64,000 bases of DNA from the human T2T-CHM13v2.0 reference genome, Homo sapiens: assembly GCF_009914755.1 (NCBI RefSeq), contig NC_060937.1; one strand, given 5' to 3'. This document shows, in pieces, positions 30,201-42,786 of the stretch; the first letter of the stretch is position 1, and each line of letters opens with the position of its first letter. The notes beneath the pieces were generated by a model. The model was not told the DNA's origin. It searched no databases and saw only the letters and a list, made by a program, of their open reading frames with translations. The position numbers were made by a program, and so were the translations under genes.

Positions 30201-30546
30201 AACTCTATATGTGGATAATTAGAGTATGAATGTTGGAATAATTGAGATAATTGTTATTCCTTTGAAACGCAGGAATCAGCCACCAGTGTCTAGGGTCTAC
30301 TCTCCTGTAATGTTAGGCTGCGTGAGAACAGGGTAGAACCTGCCAGTCATGGTGCAGTGGTTTATCCATAGCTAAACTAGTCAAAACCAAACAGAAGAGG
30401 CAAAATCCAGAAGAGGAACTACTGTAACACATGTGATTTAAAAAAATGAGTAAAAACTGCTCAAGGGTTTGGTTCCTTAGTGGGAATTAGTGACTTAAAC
30501 TGGGGGTAAATAAATATGGATTGGAGGGCAAATCTAAGAATAGATT

Positions 30547-31497
30547 TGTAAAACCAGAGAAAATGACTGAGGTGAGTCTCAATCAATTTAGAGGTTTATT
30601 TTGCCAAGGTTGAGGATGTGCCGAAGAAAAAGAGACATGAGCCACAGCAGGATCTGTGGCCCACAAGTTTTTCTAAAGAGGATTTGGAGGGCTTCAACAT
30701 TTAAAGAAAAAAAACAGACAGGAGGGAAAAGGGGAAAGAAAAAAGAGGGTGGGTGATGTGGTTAGGCTTCGTGTTCCCACCCAAATCTCATCTTGAATCG
30801 TAATCCCCAGGTGTTGAGGGAGTGACCTGGTGGGAGATGATTGGATTATGGGGGCAATTTCTCCTATGCTGTTCTCATGATAGTGAGTGAATTCTCATGA
30901 GATCTGATGGTTTTATAAATGGTAGTTTTTCTTGAGCTTGCACATGGTCTCTTTCTCTCACCTGCTGCCATGTAAGAGCTGCTTGCTTCCCCTCCTGGCA
31001 TGATTGTAAGTTTCCTGAGGCCTCCCCAGCAATGTGGAACTGTGAGCTGATTAAACCTCTTTCCTTTATAAATTACCCAGTCTCAGGTATTTCTTTATAG
31101 CAGTGTGAGAACGAACTAATACAGAAGGTATGGTCACATTCTTGTGAGGCTTTGATTAGAGCTCACTGAATTGACATGTTGCATGAAAAGGAGGGGTTAA
31201 AGGGAACAGTCAATTAGGTATTCATCTGGTGCTCAGTAAATCTGCACTTTACAGGATGGGCTGGGGGAGGGGATGATTTCTAGTCTCCTCTTATCCTTTA
31301 CCATGAAGATAAGCTGTTAATTTACATTGTCAGGGTGAGGGAGGCTAACTGTGGAGATCTGTGGCTTTCTATCTGTAGCTATTTTACTTAGGAACAAAAG
31401 AAAAGGCAGTTTTTTTTGCATGACTCAGCTTTTAAGCTTAACTTTTCCCTTTGGCATAGTGAGTTTGGGGTCCTAGGATTTTTATTTTCCTTTCACA
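30547..31497 (-). mobile_element. MER4-family (ERV1) solo LTR, interrupted by THE1
   Basis: Minus strand starts TGTGAAAGGAAAATAAAAATCCTAGGACCCCAAACTCACTATGCCAAAGGGAAAAG (MER4-type); TG...CA termini. Confidence 0.85.
30754..31123 (+). mobile_element. THE1D-like (ERVL-MaLR) solo LTR
   Basis: tgatgtggttagg...cccaaatctcatcttgaat...ttaaacctctttcctttataaattacccagtctc...actaataca. Confidence 0.93.
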
Positions 31498-31559
31498 GTT
31501 TCTAAGTAGCCAGAAAGGAGTTGAAACTTGGATGATGAGCAGAAAATTTTGGTTCTCAA

Positions 31560-31970
31560 AAATATCTGTGTTATTCTTTTTCCTGGGTGCATAGCTGAAC
31601 AATATTTTCCAGATCCCTGGTAGTTAGTTTGGGGCCATTTGACTATCTGTCTGATAGAATACGGGTGAAAGTGATATAAGCCACTTCTAGGCCTGGCCCA
31701 TGTAAAGCTCCTGGGCATGACCCTCATTTCTTCTCTCTTCTTGTTTTTCAGCAGCCTTGAAAGTCACATTGAAAGTAGCAGCACTTCCAGATTCAAGGTG
31801 TCTGGATGCCTGAGTTCTCCTGTTATCCACTGCTCACCACTTCTTACTGTCCCACCCTCCACCATAGACTAACATTGGACTGTGGCATGAGAGAGAAACA
31901 AACCTTTGTTGTATTAAGCTGTCAAGAACACAGGTTCTTGGCTACATAAGCCAATGTTACTTATCTTGTA
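31560..31970 (+). mobile_element. Old MLT1 (I/J-like) LTR
   Basis: gaaagtgatataagccacttctaggcctggccc...gagagaaacaaacctttgttgtattaagc. Confidence 0.7.
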
Positions 31971-32895
31971 AGAAAAGGATGCACAATGGCCCAAGCTAAA
32001 TTCTGCTTAAAGTGTCAGTGCTGCTACTTTTCTCCTATGTTCTTGCCTTTTATTTTCAATCCCAAAACTCAAAGGTGTCCATGTGGCTAATGAGAATCAG
32101 AACTCGGACACTTGAGGCCCCCTGAGTCTGGGTCTAAACAGAGCTTATATTCAGTGTTTGTGTCTGTTTTGGGTGTTTGAGAAAAACAGTGTGCCTTTCA
32201 TGGGGGCAAGAATTGGAAATTCTGAGAGGTTTGGTGACTAGACTAGAGATGAGAGGATTGAGGTGGCCAATCACATCTCATAAGATTTTATATCTTGTGT
32301 AGAACTATGCTGGTGGGCAAAGAGTTGATGACACAGAAAACAGAGAACTTTCTTGGTTTTGGAAAAAGAACCGCAACAAGAAATGTGATGTATAAAATGA
32401 GTGGATCCCAAGAGGCAACGAGAAATGGTTTAACAGTTAAATTGTGTGATGAAACATTTAAAGGAAGCAATTGATGCAGAGAAAGAAATCAATCAAGAGA
32501 TGTTTTGAAGTAAAAAAAAAAAAAAAAACCTGAAGCTGGTGACAATGAACATTAAATATGGGAGGGAAATGAGTCAAAGATAACTCAAAAGTTTTAAGAC
32601 TTGACAATTTGGGAAAATGAATGGTAGTGCCATTGGCAGTGATGGCAAGTATTTTGGGAGTGGGATAATTTTCAATGAAAATATGATGAATTTTGTTTTG
32701 AATGGATTGAGTTTGCAGTGATTTTGAAGCATTCAGAAATGCCCAGTGGGCTGTTGATAAGGTATTTTCTCATCAGTCTAACTTTCCTTTTTAATTCAAG
32801 TACAGTAAGAATTAGGCCTCTAGTTATTGAAGTCTTTTTTGTTTTTGTCAAAAATTAAGTAAAACTATCTAGGCATTTAATATGTATCTTATGAA

Positions 32896-32920
32896 GGTGG
32901 AGATATTTAATATCTCCACC
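32896..32920. repeat. Perfect 25-bp palindrome (12-bp arms, 1-nt spacer)
   Basis: GGTGGAGATATT-T-AATATCTCCACC. Confidence 0.95.
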
Positions 32921-33308
32921 ATTTTGCTGTTATCTCTTGTTTTATTTCCCTTCCCACCACAACAATTAAGGAGTCTACACTTTGCTCACACTGCTAATGT
33001 ATTTATAAAGCATGGCCCAGCTGCTCCTGCATGCCCTTGCTAGCTGCAATTTATTTTCTGCCTTGGCCTTTCTGACTTGGCCTCTGTATGTGTCAAATTG
33101 TCTTATACAGGTCCTTGATCTTTTGCCCTAGTAACATTTTGCATATGATTACATTTCAGAGTTTGGAATCTTCAATCATGCAGTGAAAAGTGATGCTGCA
33201 TAAATTTTAAATTCAAGAGATTAAAAAAGAGGTCAACTGGGAGGTAGAGATTGAGTGAGTTTCTGTAGAAGGCAGAGTGTCTTAAAAGATTGCATTTTAG
33301 CCAGATGA

Positions 33309-33547
33309 TTTTCTGGTCCAAAATGCCCTTGATATTTTCTAACTTTAGGTCTCCAAGGGTGACGAGTAACTGACCAGTAGTGACACATTAATTTGGTAAG
33401 TTTGTTAAGACCATGTGGCTGATAATCAGGGAATGAAATTAATGATTTGGAGTTGACAGCCAAGTTATCACATTACTACTCATCAATTTCTCATCACCCT
33501 TGGAGACCTGAAGTTAGAGAATATCAAAGACTTTTTGGACCAAAAAA
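33309..33547. repeat. Long imperfect inverted repeat (88-bp arms, 63-nt spacer)
   Basis: 33309-33396 aligns without gaps to the reverse complement of 33460-33547, 70/88 identical by hand count. Confidence 0.93.
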
Positions 33548-35304
33548 GCCTGAGGTGTAGGTCCCCACTGGGTCTCCAGGTTGTGCCAGGAGAATGTCTG
33601 CCCTGAAGAGCCAGTTAGTACTTCATCATTTCCCTACAAATAGAAACATTTGTAGGAGGAGCAGCTCCCTCCTCTCTCCAAACCCACCATACACAAACCT
33701 CACTAGCCTTAGAGCTCAATGCTTTCTTTTCTTCTATGCCTTTCATATGCACAGTGCAATTCCAGCCATACCATTAGTATCTGAGTGTGGTGATTGCCAG
33801 GGAGGTGGAGGGAATGTCCCTTGATTGGTATATTTGATGTGCTTGTTTGAGTATGTCCTCTTTCCACTAATGCTTGTGGAGTGATCTCTATTTCCAAGCC
33901 TGGTCTCTTGCTTCTACTTAGAAGGCAGAGTGTGTTCTTCCTCCCACCACGCCCCCATTTTACATCTTGTCCATGACAATGTAGAGGTGAAGGGTTTCAT
34001 TTTTTTCACTTCTCAGGCCCACTCCCCGGTTACGGTCAGAAACTGATAATGCTTCTGGCCTGGATTGTATGGAATTAAAAGTAAAGAGATAAAAGTGATG
34101 ATTAGTACTAGTGAGCATAGGGTAAAATAATATACGTCTGCAATGTGAGCTGAACTGTGCACAAACAGATGCACAATATGGTTTTTCAGACCATCTCAGT
34201 GAAAAGGCAGCTTATTAGAATAAACAGGGGGTCTCTTCTTAAAATATTCACACCTAGGGTACATTTCCTCAACCTCCATGACAAGTAAGGACAGATGATA
34301 CAGCTAGCAATGCACTGCGTATATGACCAGCACAGAGGAGAAAAAATGTTGAGCATCAAGGCCTGTGTAATTGATTCCAATAAGTTAAAAAAAAATCATG
34401 GTTCAGATTGAAATATTTATTGATAACAGATTAGAAGCTGAATATGAAAACCATTCCAAATATACTCCTAAAATTCAACATTTTCAAGTTATATAGACTT
34501 GGAAATAGATTGGGCTTCTTCACGCCTCGGGTTTAATAAGATTAGAAAAACATGCAGTGATTGTGCACGTTGAAAGAGAAGGGATAATAATACTTATCAT
34601 GTGGTTTAAAATCCTCATTTCATGGAAGAGAGCTCTGAGGCCTAGAGAAATGATGACTGTCCATGGTCAATGTGGTCTAATAGGAAAAACCTAGGTTTTA
34701 TAGACACAAGAGTCTAGGTTTGATTTTTTTGATTTGCCATTTGACATTGAGCTAGTTTCTTAATTTTCTTTAGACTTGGTTCCCTGATTTGCAAAATTGA
34801 GATGTTAATACCTGTCACTCAAGTTTGCTGTAGAGAGTAAATAAGCTAAAATCTCCAAAACAGTATCAGGCATGTAGCAGTCACTGAGCAAATGGGAGCT
34901 GCTATTATTATTATATATACTTAGAGAAGACAGAGCTGGCAATATCCATGCTGTAGGATATACAGTTTTTATTCTTCTACATCATATACTTCCTAAATCA
35001 AGTTTTATAATAAACCCTCTATAAATGAGAATGAGAGCACTTTCACATCTGCTACTCACGACAAAAAGGAGGGGCCAGTGTTATAATCTAGCTGTATTTG
35101 TAGGAGACAATGACGTTGAGAGGTTAAATGATTTGCTCAATAATGCTAATGAGAAACAAAGCGGGGACCGAACCAAAACCCAGGGCTCCTCCAGCACCAA
35201 CACACTCTAACTTCATTCCTTACAATCAAAGATTTCACAGGTCACCATTTCCTCCATTTCTTAATTAATGGGCATTGTTATTGCTCCCCAAACTTACCCT
35301 CTTT

Positions 35305-35441
35305 CTTTTTTTTTGAGACAGAGGCTTGCTCTGTCAAGTGCCATATTGGCCAGGCAGTCCTTGAACTCCTGACCTCAAGTGATCTACCCACCTTGGCCTC
35401 CCAAATTGCTGGGATTACAGGTGTGAGTCTCAGCTCCCAGC
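35305..35441 (-). mobile_element. Internally deleted / monomeric Alu
   Basis: Right-arm end (ttttgagacagaggcttgctctgtca) joined to left-arm sequence; TSD-like ccctcttt on both sides. Confidence 0.85.
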
Positions 35442-35819
35442 CCCTCTTTATTATACTATGTACACACACATAAAAACACACACACACACATTTCTGAAAT
35501 GGTAATGTGACTGGTATATTGAATGAGTTGAACTCTATAGGGTGTAAGTAGAAAAAATTATTTTTTCTCATTATTTTCCTTTCAAACTTTGTGGTTATTT
35601 AATTTCTGCAACTGGGATGAAATCTCAGCTAGCTTCTAATATGTCTCCAGGCACTCTTAGATAATGAAATGTCAATGGGCCTTCCAGCCATGAAGGTAAC
35701 TGGCACTTGACTAGTTCTCCCAACCTAATCAACTGTAAATCTAGACAAATATATATGAAGCAACTGTTTTCAAATGATGGGCACCAGGCAGCAATGGACT
35801 GTAATCCTTGAGAAGAAGA

Positions 35820-37600
35820 AAAATTCATTGGATGAGCTTAACAGCAGACTGAGAACTGTAGAAGAAAGTGATGTATCCAAATTGAATTAGAGGAAAAAAA
35901 CCTGAAAAAAGGAACAGCTTAAGAGATTTGTGAGGCAACAACAATCAGCCTAATTTATGTGAGACTAGAGTCCCTGAAAGAATGAAGGGTGGGATTGAAG
36001 CAGAAAAACAATGGAGAAATAATTAACCAAAATTTCAAGTTTGATCCCTAAGTGTGGGAACAAAGCAAAGATATTTACTCTTAAGACTTTTTTTCAACAT
36101 TATGCTGGAGGTATTAGAATTAATTAGCGAATTTAGCCAGGTTGCAGGGTTCAAGGTCAATATACAAAGACAATTGCTTTTCTATATACAAACAAGGAAA
36201 AATAGGAAAATGAAATTAAAAGTCAATTCTAACAATCAGTAGCATCAAAAATATAAAATACATAGGAATAAGTTTAATGAAAGACATATAAACCTCTACA
36301 TGAAAAAAAAACACCACAAAACATTGCTGCAATGAATAAAAGAAGGCCTAAATGCATGGAGAAATATACTATTTATGGATTGAAACATTTAATATTGTTA
36401 AGAAATCAATTATTTCCATATTGTTCTATAGATTCAATACAATGCCAGTTGAAATCTAAGCAGGTTTTTAAACATTTAATAGAAACTGACAAGCTGATTT
36501 ATATGGAAATGAAAAGAACTTAGGATAGCCAAAACAATTTTACCAATGAGGAGCTTATACTATCTGATTTCAAGACTTAAACTTTAAATTGCTGTAATTA
36601 AGATACTGCTAGTGACATTAGGGCAGACAAATACTGTAGATCAATAAAACAGAATACAGTCCAGAAATAGGTCTACACATATATGGTATTGTGGTTTTAA
36701 AGATGACCACAAATTCTTAGATATACTTTCTCTCAGTATGTAGGGTTCTCTCGAATCTAAATAGGGTTGTGATTTATCTGACCAAAAGAATATGGAAGTG
36801 ACAAGATGTAATTTCAGAGAGTAGGTCATGAATGGCCACACAGCTTCTGCCAGATTCTCTTAGGTCAGTCTTTTTTGGGGAAAGCCAATGATTATGTCAG
36901 AAGTTTGACTACTCTCTGATTGCCATGCTGGAGAAGTCACCCATGGATACTTTGGTTGATACCCTCACCTGAGCTCCCAGCAACCAGCCAGCATGTCAGG
37001 CACGAGAGGAAGGCACGTTTGACATCCAGCCCAATTGAGGCTTCAGATTATTGCAGTCCCACGAAACATCTAACTGCAGCCAGATGAGAAACCCCAAAAA
37101 GAACTGCCCAGCAGAGCTTTTTTTTGAATTCCTAACACACAAAATAGTCAGCAAAATAAAAGTTATTTTAAGCCACTAATTTTTGTGGTAATTAGTTGTG
37201 CAACAAAAGTTGTTGGATAATTCACTGGGCAAATGAGAGTCCTTCCAAGAAATTTTTCAGGAACAACTGGATAACTGCATGAAAAATAATGAACTTTAAT
37301 CCATACTTTGTGCCACACATAAAACCATTCAAATTGGAAATTAGACTTAAATGTAGAAACAAAATCTGTAGAACTTCCAGATAAACATACTGAACTATAT
37401 TTATGCAATGGAATATATTCAGTAATAATAAGAAAAAATAACCTACGGATACATGCAACATTATGGATGTTATCTCGAAAACATTATTCTTAGCAAAATA
37501 TGGCAGACACCAAAGAGTACATACTGTATAAATTCATTTACATGAAGTTATAGAACAGGTAAAATGAATCTATGGTAATGTTAAACAGTAGTTGCCTCTG
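35820..37600 (+). mobile_element. Old L1M fragments (ORF1/ORF2/3' pieces), split by an MLT1
   Basis: ORF2-like remnants (gaatttagccaggttgcagggttcaaggtcaatataca; tctatagattcaatacaatgcca; aaacagaatacagtccagaaatag). Confidence 0.75.
36690..37220 (+). mobile_element. MLT1 (F/G/H-like) LTR
   Basis: tgtggttttaaagatgaccacaaattc...gaactgcccagcagagc...ttttaagccactaatttttgtggtaattagttgtgcaacaa. Confidence 0.8.
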
Positions 37601-40600
37601 AATAGGGAATGAAATCTGGTACCTTTTGTCTATGGCAGGGCTCCAAGGGTGATTACCTTTATTTCAGGTGCTATGATTGTAGCTTCCATATAAGTACTCC
37701 CACTGGAGCTCTCTATTTGTAATTCTCATGAATTGAGCCTCAGCCTCTGGGATATCCAGCAGTGTGTCGCAGACAATCTTCCCATCAGTCCTCTTTAAGA
37801 TTGCTCCAGGTAGGTTTTTTTCTCCATGTGACCCAAATCTCACACAGAAAACAGTCACCTGCCCTTGTCTCACAAAGAAGGGTACTTTGTTCCTAGTGAA
37901 GTTTTCTGCTCCGTGGCTATAGGTTTCAGCTTCTCACTAATGTCAGGCATGGTCTGACATTAGTCTTGGACACTACATATACCAGGTGGTCAAGATCAAA
38001 CTCCCTTAGCAGGTCACTAGAAGCTTCTTTTACTTACCCTCTTCCCCTCTTCTGTGATGGAAAGAGAAAGTATTATAGCACCCCATAACTTTTGGCAGTA
38101 ATTCTCCACTTTTTAACGTTAATCCTTTTATACCCTCAAGATGGTTGATGAGTGAATCACGGCAAAACTGACTTCTTATTATTTACTTTGCAAGTTCTGT
38201 AGAAGTGGTCTTGCCCTTTACTTTGGAATGCAGGAGCACTTAGTAACTATTGTTTGCTTTTTTCAGTTTTAGACTGAGGCAGGAATAGTCCAATTTTAAC
38301 ACTCTCTTACAGAAAGGGGGCATTTTAATGCCCTGGTTGTTGACCTTTAGCTGACATTCTTGGCTTCTCAAAGCAGAGCACTTTTACTAAATTATTGGCT
38401 ACAGAAAATCTGTCAGAAGATTTCGTTTATCGACAATTAACTTTAATGTCAAGTGTGACAGCTGATTTCGTGATGCTTTCAGCAGTGAAAATTCTCGTCT
38501 CACCGTCTTTCTGCCACCCACAAATAAAAAAAGCTGACTGTGAATGTGTGTAAGCTGGTTCTTTCTCTCTGGTGAATAATGTGTTCCCACTTTATAACTT
38601 TCTTTTTAAATAAAAAACAATATATTTAATACTATGATGGGATAAGTCATAGTCTCATTGCTATTAAGAGAAAGCTTTAAAAATGGCACTTGTTATTGGT
38701 CTCTGGTACCTGTTGCAATGACAGATCTCTGGGACTGAAGTAAAATGACCTCTTTATTTATTAACACGTTTTGCCAAACAAGATGATTTAGTCATGGATT
38801 TTCTGAAAGAAATAGTAGCCAGTTTGAAAAGTAAATAAGGACCCAAGAATGTATAGTGACTACTTGGTTTTCTTTAAGAAGAACAGATTTTCTACTGGGA
38901 AGTTGAATCTTTCTTCTCCTTTTCTTTTTATTGCTCTCCAAATGTCATTTTTAGTTGCAGAATTGGTTCTTTCATAAGAAGATCCTGTGACTTCCATTTT
39001 GAAGATGGTACTATAAAAGTGGCATTTCCCTCCTCTCCTTTTGACTTACCCAAAAGGAGCAAAAAAGAATGATGAATGAAAGTATAATATCTGCCTCCAA
39101 TAAAAGTGGGAGATAGCATACATTCTAAACAACAGAGTAAGCAGAGTAGTATAATGATGATGGCAGTCAAACAGAGGGATGTGGGAAATTAGAGACAGGA
39201 TGTCTGTGTCAGTAGATCTCAGAAATATATGTGCTTTTTAAAGTTAGGGGCCTCACTTAGAAAAGCAAAACTAAAGCTTCAGTTTGGAAATTGGAAACAG
39301 GCTCACTGGCTGTCATGGACGTTTTCCTTTGGCTTGGTTTTGTTCTGAGAATTGAGAAGGGGGCCAGCTGAAGAGTTATGTTGGTAATACAACTGCACGA
39401 AGCAGGCTATGTTTCTGGAGATCATGTTGGAACGGCAGGGGTCTTTACATTATAAATATCCCTACAGGTGACTAACTTTATGTCTGGGAAAAGTAAATTC
39501 TCAAAGAGCTAATGGATGTTAATAGGGGATATTAGGAAAATTTCTATCCTTAATTAACCCTGTCCTGGTTCCTTCCCCCACATGACCCTCGTATGTATAA
39601 CTGGTTTATGAAAAAAATTAAATTACCATAATCAAAGATGAAAAATTAAAGGAAAAGAAATCAGCACAGACATACATAAAGTCATTACTATAAAAACAAA
39701 GGAAAGAGAAACAAATTGTTGATGAAGAATATATACTGAAAATACATTGCAGATGAAAACTGTAAGCAGATATTTCACTATTCATTAAAAAATTAACAAG
39801 GCAACCACTCTAATATAGTAACAGTATAAGCAGAAACATAAGGACTAATGGAGAGGTGGTTAGAGAGTACAAGGAGATGAAATGTGAGTTGGCAGAGATC
39901 AGGAAAATGTAAAAGCAAAAACTAAACAACAAAAAATAAATAAATAAAGCCATTGCATAACCAAAGGCAAAACTATTAGCAGCACAACAGAGATTAGACA
40001 TTGATGGAAACACGGAAAGAGACATGGTAAAAATGAGCACATTGAAATGGAAGCAGAGAGTTAAAAGGTTAGAGAAAAAAAATACTAGGTAGGCAAAGGT
40101 GATACACATAATCAATGTCCCAAAGAGGAAAAATGGAGAAAATCACTCATAAAAATATATGTATTTAGAATATTTTATGGATTAAAAAATCTATCACTTG
40201 AAAGGGCATGCTATCCCCAGGAAAATTTCACCTGAAATGGAGATGGAGATAAGTGTTAATATATAAAAACAATTATTTGTGGGAGGCACTGAATCCATAT
40301 AATTTCACAAAAACAAACATGGGGAGTATGGCTGTAGACTATAACACAAATGTTATAAGTTCTGACAAATACAGAAAAGGGATAAAGGAAGAGAAGAATG
40401 GCTTATTGCTATTTTTCTGTGTTTCTTATCTGGTACGGTGGAAAAGAGTGTAGATACAGCAAGTGAAGTGCCTGATCGAGGCATATACAGGGGGAAGCTG
40501 ACAGTCGGGGTGGACTGCCCTTACAAGGAAGAATATTTTATCACTGATATTGTATTATTGGTGCATGGTAGTAATAATCATCAGATTGATTTATATATGG

Positions 40601-41513
40601 TTTTATTATCATTTTAAAATTTTCTAAAGAACAGTGCACATTCTTATTAAAAGCATCTGGCATGGACAGCTCCCACAGCCTCACCCTTGGTAATCCACTG
40701 GCTAAGGTACAGGTATATTTACCATTACAAAGCAAACACTAAAAAGACAATATTATCAGCTAAATGAGGAAGCAGAGTAGAGGGAGGCAAAAGGAAAGGT
40801 GAAATATATGTGCTAATTTCATCTTTGGTCATTGTCTGGAATTAATTGCTACTGCAACAAATATGCCATTGTGACTTTGAATAGGCAAAACTTATTAAAG
40901 AATGATCCCTGCAGCACAAACCCTAAAGGAATTATTCATAGCTTATGACAATTAAAATCACTTCTATTCCTTAAATGAAACAAAGGATTAAATATACTAT
41001 GCAAAGCTGTAGGTATGAATGTAATCACTAGGAAAAAAATCTTAAAAGACTTCAGCAAAACCCAGATATAAAACAAAAAGAAAAAGAAACAAAAGCACAC
41101 AGTGAAAGATTTATTTTTAAAATAATTAAAGTTTAAGACACCTTTTCCCTTAAGAAAAATGAGAAATTCTCTTCTCCACAGCCGTCACAGTCTCATCCCT
41201 TCCTGGCTCACTTTTCTTACTTTGTTCCTTTTCCCTCCATGCCTTGAATGCAAAAGCCATGAAAAAAAAATACTCATTTCTCTTTTGAAAGACTTGGGGT
41301 AGAGAAGTTGGCTCTATAGCAGAGAAACACAAAATTTTATACCCATAACTACTATCATCAATTGTTGCTATTACATTGCTTGCTTTTTAATTATGTCCAG
41401 GGGTTGATCAAGACTTAGATCAAATATCTAGCTGTGTTACTGAATTATCTCAGTGAGGTGTGGCAAGAGCACAGGCTCTGGATAATGTTTCTAAGTTTAA
41501 AATGGACCTTTTT

Positions 41514-41801
41514 GCTGGGCGAGGTGGCTCATGCCTGTAATCCCAACACTGTGAGAAGCTAAGGAGGGCGGATCACTAAAGCTTACAAGTTCAAGACCAG
41601 CGTAGGCAACATAGCAAAACTCCATCTCTACAAAAAATACGAAAACTAGCCAGGTGTGGTGGCACATGCCTGAAGTCCCAGTTACTCAGGAGGCTGAGGT
41701 GGGAGGAAGGCTTGAGCCCAGGAGGCGGAAGTTGCAGTGAGCCAAGGTTGCACCACTGCACTCCAGCCTGGGCAATAGTACCAGACCTTGTCTCAAAAAA
41801 A
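41514..41801 (+). mobile_element. AluJ
   Basis: Full Alu; degenerate TSD aaaatggaccttt / aaaatgtgccttt. Confidence 0.95.
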
Positions 41802-41894
41802 TGTGCCTTTCCCATTTACTCTCCATATAGCCTCATAACCTCTCCAGGAATATTGCAGTAACATACACCTTGCAAAGTTGTCATGTGGATAATA

Positions 41895-42145
41895 AGGTAA
41901 CATCTCTTGAGCACTTACTATCTGCCTGGCTCTTTCTAAGTATCCTACATTGTGTTAACTCTGAATTTCCACAAACACTTCATGAGGTAGTACATTATTA
42001 TTATCCCCATTTTCCAAATAAAGAAATAGAGGCACAGAAAAATGAAGTTACTTATTCAAAGCCACACAGCCAGCTAAAGTAGAAACTGGGATTATGAACC
42101 CAGGCAAACTGATCCTAAGGCCTGTTTTCTTAACCTCTTTGCTAG
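41895..42145 (-). mobile_element. MIR SINE
   Basis: attattatccccattttccaaataaagaaatagaggcacagaaaaatgaagttacttattcaaagccacacagc. Confidence 0.85.
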
Positions 42146-42786
42146 ATTGTCTCCCTAAGTTAGAGGATTAAAGATAATACACGTCACATCTCACAACAGC
42201 TAGTAGGTGCGAAGAAATGAAGCTGTTCCTGAGGAGAGCTGGCCTCATTGCTGTGTCACATCAGGGCATGGAGAGGTCAGGTAAACTGATGATTTTCAAA
42301 CCACTAGGAGAAGGAGGTAAAATTTCACAAAGAACGAAGAAACAAGTGATAATGGACATTCTAGAAAAGTAGTTCACCTTTTGCATTAGAAATAATAAGC
42401 AGAGGGTTTGGAGCAGATGTCCCTGGCAAATAATAAAATCAGTCCCAAAGAAGAGAAGTAGTCTTGAAAAAGTGGCTTCCAGGGAGGGAGCTGGAATATA
42501 TAAGGGAATGGCTGTGCAGCCTTTTTGTGGGCAGTGAACAGACTGAAGAGCTTCTAGAACTTTCTGTCCTGAAACCAAAGGATACACAATTAATTTCATG
42601 TATGATGAATGGAGTTAACTGGCATTGTTTCCACTAGAAATTTTACTACTTCATCAGTGATCTGAATAGCTAAGAATCTCCTTTGATCCAATAAAAAGAG
42701 TAGGGATACATACACACACACACGCTCTCACTTTTACACACACACACATCCCCCAAATTCATTAGGTTGTAAGTCCCAACCTCCAC

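Noticed and set aside
39560-40220. A-rich segment with a hydrophobic 101-aa minus-strand ORF (similar segment at ~54000-55400)
   Set aside because: Composition suggests very old L1M ORF1-region remnants. The hydrophobicity reflects T-richness, and the boundaries are too uncertain to annotate.
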